From the NCBI GenBank assembly GCA_963665655.1, contig OY762429.1, positions 112,492 to 176,491 of the forward strand: a DNA stretch of 64,000 nucleotides, read 5' to 3'. Shown here piece by piece: positions 58,053 through 64,000 of the stretch. A model generated the notes under the pieces. The model made no database searches. It was not told the DNA's origin and worked only from the letters and a program-made list of their open reading frames with translations. The stretch is from Terriglobia bacterium (GTDB lineage Bacteria > Acidobacteriota > Terriglobia > Versatilivoradales > Versatilivoraceae). How positions within the stretch are numbered: the first letter of the stretch is position 1; each line of letters begins with the position of its first letter. Made by a program: the position numbers and the translations under genes.

Positions 58053-59246
58053 TCAGTCGGACAGGAACTTCACCTCGCTGCCGAACTTGCGGTACTGCTT
58101 GAATTGGATGACATTCCGGGTGTGGAGTCTTGCGGTACGATTCTCCAGGAGGACCTCCGCTCGGACCGGAAGCCAGTGCTGCTGTCCCGCGATCTCCACC
58201 CGATCGTACTGGGTGGAACCCTCGGAGCGGGTAATGGGAAAAGTGTCTGGAATTCTGTAGGCCCGCTCCTTGATCTGGACGACCTGCAGCGAATCCGGGT
58301 CAATCCAGCATCGCCCCCGGTAGGGCGTGACCACGCCCAGTTCCGTGGTCCCTTCCTTGAAAATGATACTTCTCTTGGAGGTTTTCTTGGGCACGCGAAA
58401 ACCGACACGCACCGTGGGCGAGCCCCGGCTGTGGTCGATTCCCTCAAAGCGAAATTGGGTACCGGTTGCCGGGTCGAAGAGGTAGTTCAAGGAAGAGCCG
58501 AACTCACCGGTTGAGGTCGTCCCTTTCAGTGATTCCAGTGTGGCATCGGAGGCCGCCGTGCGATTTCCGACCGACACCAGCTTATAGTGCTCCTGCTTGT
58601 CGTAATAGGTAAGCTCAGCCACAAAATTATCCACCCTGACCCAACCGGTTTTCGGAAGTCGGCGAAGGTATCGCTGGGTGATCTGGGTGCAGATGAAATT
58701 CGGCAGGTTTTCGGTGTAGGCCATGGCGGTGCTGCGCACCTCTTCCAGGAATTGCGGCCAGGTTTCCCGGTCCGGCAATCCGGAGCGCACAGTCGTCGCG
58801 GCCGGCACAGTGGCGGCTGCCGCCGCCGGAGTTGCTGCCGCTTTGGGAGTCGCCACCGAACCCGTTGCCGAGGGCTCGGTCGCCGGCGGTTCGACAGGAG
58901 GTGGGATGAAGACCGGCGGCGGAGGCTCGACTCCCGGCGGCGGTCTCAGGACGGATTCAGGCGGTCCGGTTGAGCGCTGTTCCTCTACTGCCCGGATGAT
59001 GGCGGGATCGGCCTGGCGAGCTTTCAGTTCCTGCAGGAGGATGTCCTTGACACGAAATCCGATCCCCCTCTCCCGGATCAACTCCACCACCCGTTGCGAA
59101 GTCACCGCTCCGATGCGTGTCGTGGTGACCAGAGCCAGAAGCTCCTCCCGGCTGATCGGACCTTCGGCCGTCAAGAGGTTCAGGGGGACTCCGACCAGGA
59201 TGATCGGCAGCAGGCACCCCAATGCGCAGCGGGTCGAACGTGACAC
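58053..59246 (-). CDS. Secreted hypothetical protein with proline-rich linker
   Basis: Signal peptide (ALGCLLPIILVGVPLNLLTA). P/A/T-rich linker, then a C-terminal beta-rich domain. No family recognised. Confidence 0.55.
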   Translation of the reverse strand: MSRSTRCALGCLLPIILVGVPLNLLTAEGPISREELLALVTTTRIGAVTSQRVVELIRERGIGFRVKDILLQELKARQADPAIIRAVEEQRSTGPPESVLRPPPGVEPPPPVFIPPPVEPPATEPSATGSVATPKAAATPAAAAATVPAATTVRSGLPDRETWPQFLEEVRSTAMAYTENLPNFICTQITQRYLRRLPKTGWVRVDNFVAELTYYDKQEHYKLVSVGNRTAASDATLESLKGTTSTGEFGSSLNYLFDPATGTQFRFEGIDHSRGSPTVRVGFRVPKKTSKRSIIFKEGTTELGVVTPYRGRCWIDPDSLQVVQIKERAYRIPDTFPITRSEGSTQYDRVEIAGQQHWLPVRAEVLLENRTARLHTRNVIQFKQYRKFGSEVKFLSD

Positions 59247-59306
59247 GGTTGAAAAATGCGTTTCGCTATGTATGCAGCGGCCTGGCGAGAAATGCGGGCC
59301 AGGCGG

Positions 59307-60338
59307 CTACCTCCCGCGAATGCCGCTGCTGGCAGCGCCACGGCTCTGTTGGGCCCCTGAACCGGCAGAGATACTGCTGGTGGAGGTGGAAGTGGCTGCC
59401 GAAGATCGGTGCACGCTGGTTGTGGCGGGTGTATAGCTTGTGGAGCCCGCGTTGCTGAGGCTGGAACCGCGATACCCTCTGGATGCGTAGACGGGACCGT
59501 ACGACCGCCAGGTCGGGCAATAGTTGCCGTAGGCAAGACCGTAGGGAGACCTCAGCAGGGTGTGGAAGGGAATGAACGTGAACATCCGGGAAAACGGGTC
59601 GTAGATCCATCCCCCGTTCGACCTCAGGCCATACCTGGACAAGGCCGACCGAGACATCCACGAGGGAATTTTGGCATTGGCCGCGATCAATGCGACCGCC
59701 CGCTCTCGACTCCAGAGATCGATATCGTCGAAGGGCTCCTTCCCCACCTTGGCGAAGTGCAACCGCCTTTTCGCGGAACGGTTCAAATCAAAGGACTTGC
59801 CCGACTTCAGAACCGCGATCTTGGCCTGCTCCCGCATCCATCTCAGCTTTCCGGAATGGACCGTCACCCGAACCTCGCCCGCGGCGCCGACTTCAAAGCG
59901 ATACAACCCCTTCTTGAGGACTCTCAGATCTCCGGACGGCGTCAGGATATGAAGTTGGTGGACCTTGCGGCGCAGGCTCAGCGATTCCAGGATGGCCGTG
60001 CCTCTTTCCAGGGAAAACCGCATGTCTTCGAAACCGGTCGCCACAACCCGCACCCGGCTGTTTTCCGCCACCCGCAGGTAGGTTCCCGGGTTCAGCAGCA
60101 TTTCCACCCTCTGGTCCGCTTCCGTCTGCAGCACATCCCCCTTGACGAGCTGGTGCCGGGCCACGATCTCGCGTGGTTGGGAGATTTCGAGATTGCTTAC
60201 GGTAGGCTTACCTTCCACGTAGTTGATCATGCCCGACTTGGCCGAGATGAAGTACGCGGACGTTTCGGTAGCGTTCACCGCTCCAGTGCCGGCAAAAAAC
60301 AGGACGGCGAGCCCGAGGTAGGCTTTTGGTTGCAGCAT
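59307..60338 (-). CDS. Secreted FecR-domain-like protein with Gly/Ser/Tyr-rich C-terminal tail
   Basis: ATG at 60338 gives a signal peptide (MLQPKAYLGLAVLFFAGTGAVNA). VKGDVLQTEADQRVEMLLNPGTYLRVAENSRVRV resembles the FecR fold. ORF-track upstream extension rejected. Confidence 0.5.
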   Translation of the reverse strand: MLQPKAYLGLAVLFFAGTGAVNATETSAYFISAKSGMINYVEGKPTVSNLEISQPREIVARHQLVKGDVLQTEADQRVEMLLNPGTYLRVAENSRVRVVATGFEDMRFSLERGTAILESLSLRRKVHQLHILTPSGDLRVLKKGLYRFEVGAAGEVRVTVHSGKLRWMREQAKIAVLKSGKSFDLNRSAKRRLHFAKVGKEPFDDIDLWSRERAVALIAANAKIPSWMSRSALSRYGLRSNGGWIYDPFSRMFTFIPFHTLLRSPYGLAYGNYCPTWRSYGPVYASRGYRGSSLSNAGSTSYTPATTSVHRSSAATSTSTSSISAGSGAQQSRGAASSGIRGR

Positions 60339-60489
60339 GGTATCGCTCCTGGGTAGAACCTGCGGAATCGACAACGGTTTTTGTGCCTTTATGCCTTCGG
60401 ATAGATTTAGTTTAGACCAATTCCCCGGGCTAGTAAAGAAACATCGGCTTCCCGTCCAGGTGGCGAACCTTGGGACGATAGCTGATCGT

Positions 60490-63249
60490 TTACCCGCGTG
60501 CGGCTGCCCTGGCTTCCTCGGAAGTGTCGGCGGAGGGGTGAGCGAGCCTGATTGCCGCCTGGGCCGCAGCCAGACGGGCAATGGGAACACGAAACGGGGA
60601 GCAACTGACATAGTCCTGCTCCAGTTGATGGCAGAACTCGATGGTGGAGGGATCGCCTCCATGTTCGCCGCAGATCCCGATCTTGATTTCAGGTCGGGTG
60701 GCCCTGCCCTTGGCCACGGCAATCTTCATCAACTCTCCAACCCCGGCAATATCGAGGGACTGGAATGGATCCCTGGGATAAATATCCCGCTGCAGATAGG
60801 GCACCAGGAACCGGTCGGCATCATCGCGGCTCAAAGCCAGGGTGGTTTGAGTCAAGTCATTGGTTCCGAAGCTGAAGAAGTCCGCCGAACGCGCAATTTC
60901 ATCCGCGGTGAGAGCCCCCCTGGGCACTTCGATCATGGTGCCCACCTGATACTCGATCTCCAGTTTCCGGGAGTCCATCACCTGCCGGGCCACTTGACGC
61001 ACGATGCCGGCCTGATCGTCCAGTTCCTTGACGTTGCCGACCAGGGGGATCATGATCTCCGGCACGGCTTTCTTCCCTCGACCGATTACATTTGCGGCCG
61101 CCTCGAAGATCGCCTGCGCCTGCATCCGGGTGATTTCGGGATAGACGACCCCCAGGCGGCAACCGCGAAATCCAATCATGGGATTGAACTCGTGAAATGA
61201 ATCCACTTTCGCCTTGACCGCCTCAAAGGAAACACCCATGTCCGACGCCAACTGCCTCTGAGCCGGCGCCTCGTGAGGCAGAAATTCGTGGAGAGGCGGA
61301 TCAAGGGTTCGGATGGTGACCGGCCTGCCTTCCATCACTTCGAAAATGTGCTCGAAATCCTCCCGTTGGAGGGGCAAGAGTCTGGACAGGGCGCGTTCGC
61401 GCATTTCCGGGGTGGAAGCCAGAATCATTTCCCGCATCGGGCCGATCTCTCCCTCGCCGAAGAACATGTGCTCGGTTCGGCACAAACCGATGCCGCCTGC
61501 CCCGAACGCGACGGCAGCCGCTGCCTGGTCCGCCTGGTCCGCGTTGGCGCGGACCTCAAGGGTACGAACCCTGTCCGCCCATTCCATCAGTTTCCGATAT
61601 TGCCGGTAAACCTGGGCCTCCTTCTTGTCGGATATCCGGTGCAGGAGAACCTGTATGACCTCCGAATCTCGTGCCGCGATGGGCCCCTGGATCACCTCAC
61701 CGGTGGTTCCGTCCAATGACAGGAAGTCACCCTCCCGGATGACCCGTCCGTTGACCCGCATGTGGCGTTGAGAGTAATCGATGGCCAGGGCGCTGCAGCC
61801 GGCAACGCACACCTTGCCCATTTGCCTGGCGACCAGAGCCGCGTGGGAGGTCGTGCCTCCCCGAGCCGTCAGGATTCCCTCGGCCGCGTTCATTCCCTTG
61901 ATATCCTCGGGCGAGGTCTCGATGCGGGTCAGAATGACCCGTTCCCCACGACTCCTCCACTCTTCGGCATCGGGTGCGTTGAAGACGACTCGGCCGACGG
62001 CCGCGCCGGGGCCGGCGTTGAGACCCTTGGCCAGGAAGCGGCCCTGCTCGATGGCCGCCGATTTCTCCGCCGGATCGAAAACCGGCCGCAAGAGCTGGTT
62101 CAGTTGATCCGGTTCCACCCGCAAGAGCGCCTCATCGGGGGTGATCAGCTCTTCATCCACCATGTCGACGGCAATCCTGATAGCGGCAAATGCGGTCCGT
62201 TTCCCGACCCGACACTGCAACAGGTAAAACGTACCCTGCTGAATGGTGAACTCGATATCCAGCATGTCCCGATAGTGCTTCTCCAAAATCCTGCGCGCTC
62301 GATCCAACTGGCCATACAGCTCCGGCCTCTCGCGGGCCAATTCGGCAATGGAGGCGGGAGTCCGGGCCCCCGACACCACATCCTCCCCCTGAGCGTTTCC
62401 GAGATACTCCCCATAGAGCACATTTTCCCCGGTTGCCGCGTCCCTGGTGAAGGCCACGCCCGATCCGGAGTCGGATCCCATGTTCCCGAACACCATCGCC
62501 TGCACGTTTACGGCCGTTCCCCAACTGGACGGAATTCCGTTGAGCCTTCGATACTCTTCAGCACGCGGGTTCATCCAGGAGCCGAATACGGCTCCGATGG
62601 CGCCCCATAGCTGCTGACGGGGATCGTCGGGAAAGTCCACGCCCGCCCGCCGTCTGATCTCGCGCTTGAAAAGAGTCACCAGATCCTGAAGATCGGTCGT
62701 GGTCAATTCCGTATCCAGGACCAGTCCGCGCGCTTCCTTCTTCGCCTCGATCATGCGCTCGAAGGGATCGACTTCATCCTTTCGGGTCGGCTTCATCCCA
62801 AGCACGACGTTGCCGTACATTTGGACGAATCGCCGATAGGAATCCCAGGCAAACCTCGCATTGCCGGTTCGCAGGGCCAGTCCCTCCACCGTCCTGTCGT
62901 TCAAACCCAGGTTCAACACGGTGTCCATCATTCCAGGCATCGAGGCCCGGGCCCCTGACCGCACCGAAACCAGCAAGGGATTTTGGGCATCGCCGAACCG
63001 CATTTCCATGAGCGCTTCCATTTTATGGAGCGCTTGGGCAACCGCTTCAGGCAGACCGAGGGGATATTGCTCATTCTCCCTGTAGTAGTGGGCGCAGACC
63101 TCGGTCGAGATGGTGAATCCAGGGGGAACCGGCAGGCCGAGGTTGGTCATCTCCGCCAGATTGGCTCCCTTGCCGCCCAGCAGGTCCTTCATGTCGGCCC
63201 GCCCGTCGGCCTCGCCGTCGCCAAAAAAGTAAACCGCCTTTTCAGCCAT
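60490..63249 (-). CDS. ppdK: Pyruvate, phosphate dikinase
   Basis: Full-length PPDK ([13 protein letters not shown]-grasp, [15 protein letters not shown] phospho-histidine motif, C-terminal PEP-utilising domain). ATG at 63249. Confidence 0.9.
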   Translation of the reverse strand: MAEKAVYFFGDGEADGRADMKDLLGGKGANLAEMTNLGLPVPPGFTISTEVCAHYYRENEQYPLGLPEAVAQALHKMEALMEMRFGDAQNPLLVSVRSGARASMPGMMDTVLNLGLNDRTVEGLALRTGNARFAWDSYRRFVQMYGNVVLGMKPTRKDEVDPFERMIEAKKEARGLVLDTELTTTDLQDLVTLFKREIRRRAGVDFPDDPRQQLWGAIGAVFGSWMNPRAEEYRRLNGIPSSWGTAVNVQAMVFGNMGSDSGSGVAFTRDAATGENVLYGEYLGNAQGEDVVSGARTPASIAELARERPELYGQLDRARRILEKHYRDMLDIEFTIQQGTFYLLQCRVGKRTAFAAIRIAVDMVDEELITPDEALLRVEPDQLNQLLRPVFDPAEKSAAIEQGRFLAKGLNAGPGAAVGRVVFNAPDAEEWRSRGERVILTRIETSPEDIKGMNAAEGILTARGGTTSHAALVARQMGKVCVAGCSALAIDYSQRHMRVNGRVIREGDFLSLDGTTGEVIQGPIAARDSEVIQVLLHRISDKKEAQVYRQYRKLMEWADRVRTLEVRANADQADQAAAAVAFGAGGIGLCRTEHMFFGEGEIGPMREMILASTPEMRERALSRLLPLQREDFEHIFEVMEGRPVTIRTLDPPLHEFLPHEAPAQRQLASDMGVSFEAVKAKVDSFHEFNPMIGFRGCRLGVVYPEITRMQAQAIFEAAANVIGRGKKAVPEIMIPLVGNVKELDDQAGIVRQVARQVMDSRKLEIEYQVGTMIEVPRGALTADEIARSADFFSFGTNDLTQTTLALSRDDADRFLVPYLQRDIYPRDPFQSLDIAGVGELMKIAVAKGRATRPEIKIGICGEHGGDPSTIEFCHQLEQDYVSCSPFRVPIARLAAAQAAIRLAHPSADTSEEARAAARG

Positions 63250-63330
63250 TGTCACTCTCCGATTCAATCGCCACCAATCCAGTCCCGTTCCCTCTCGCAA
63301 CATGCCGGTCGACGCGCCGGCATCAGCCCA

Positions 63331-64000
63331 TCACGACGTCACCATCTCGGAAACGTCAGCCACCTTCAGAAACGTCTGCAGGAGAAATGCCAGCAGGGCA
63401 AGACGATTCCTCCGCACCCCCGGATCCTCATCCATCACCAGCACCCGGTCGAAGAAGGAGTCCACCGCGGGCCTCAGCGAGGCCATCATGCCCAGAGCCG
63501 CCTCGTGCCTCCCCTGGCGAAGAGCTCCCGAAATCCTTCGGTCGACCTTGACCACCTGGCTGTAGAGAAGGTTCTCCTCCGGAGTCGTAAACCGTGCCGG
63601 ATCGATGGCGCACGCCGTTCGAGGATCGATCTCGGCTTTCGACAGGATGTTCCTGATGCGCTTGAAACTGGTCGCCAGCGACTGAAAATCAGCGCTTTCG
63701 CGCATGCCGGCGATGGCGGCCAGGCGCTTCCGGATCTCCACCGGGTTATCCCAACACACCTCCAGCACCGCGTTGATTTCATCATGGCGAAACCCCTGCT
63801 CCCGAAAGAGGAAGCGCATCCGGTCCTTCAGGAAGTTCCGGAAAGTCAGGGAGGTTTCCTCCAGCGATCGATCGGCGAACCTGCGAACTCCCTCATAGGC
63901 CTTGCCCAGCATTCCTTCGCAGGAAAGGTCCAGCTCCTTCACCAGCAGGATACGGACCAACCCCATGGCCTGGCGGCGCAACCCCAGCGGGTCCCGCGAT
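63331..64000 (-). CDS. glyS: Glycyl-tRNA synthetase beta subunit, C-terminal part (5' end beyond window)
   Basis: C-terminal anticodon-binding region of GlyS. ORF runs off the window end. Confidence 0.85.
   Translation of the reverse strand, partial: SRDPLGLRRQAMGLVRILLVKELDLSCEGMLGKAYEGVRRFADRSLEETSLTFRNFLKDRMRFLFREQGFRHDEINAVLEVCWDNPVEIRKRLAAIAGMRESADFQSLATSFKRIRNILSKAEIDPRTACAIDPARFTTPEENLLYSQVVKVDRRISGALRQGRHEAALGMMASLRPAVDSFFDRVLVMDEDPGVRRNRLALLAFLLQTFLKVADVSEMVTS

Overview
High-GC (~64-65%) bacterial chromosomal segment, mostly core metabolism and housekeeping genes. Features I could support, in order: 3' end of a sulfite/nitrite reductase hemoprotein; thrC; an AlaX-like tRNA editing protein; tex; a 1270-aa secreted protein; an orphan archease; nadA with a translationally coupled NAD-dependent epimerase; a vapBC (FitAB-like) toxin-antitoxin pair; a DUF1015 gene; pheA; a MocA-like nucleotidyltransferase; an M28 peptidase; agxt and kbl; groES-groEL with a CIRCE operator; the gcvT-H-PA-PB operon; a fadD/fadN/thiolase beta-oxidation operon; ahcY; a fused lptF-lptG; a KefB-like CPA2 antiporter; an AKR and an SDR; yeiH; queD; comEC; ppdK; and the 3' end of glyS. 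No tRNA, rRNA or CRISPR array was detected. Five things are not explained by ordinary gene content. (1) A ~2 kb cassette at 25731-27822 is flanked by two direct copies of a palindromic element. It carries a methyltransferase-like C-terminal remnant translationally coupled to a 441-aa low-GC (~48%) gene of unknown function with a C-terminal HEPN-like R-x4-H motif, a candidate abortive-infection or defence gene. (2) A 938-aa single-protein fusion at 43022-45838 combines an AEP/PrimPol-like domain, an SF2 DEAH helicase and a DUF559 (Vsr-like) nuclease. (3) At least five families of short intergenic MITE/REP-like repeats occur, nested into each other at hotspots. (4) A (C)TTCGTG direct-repeat motif with exact 10-bp phasing is present at two loci. 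(5) queD has no canonical start codon in frame (ATT behind a strong SD, or a frameshift).
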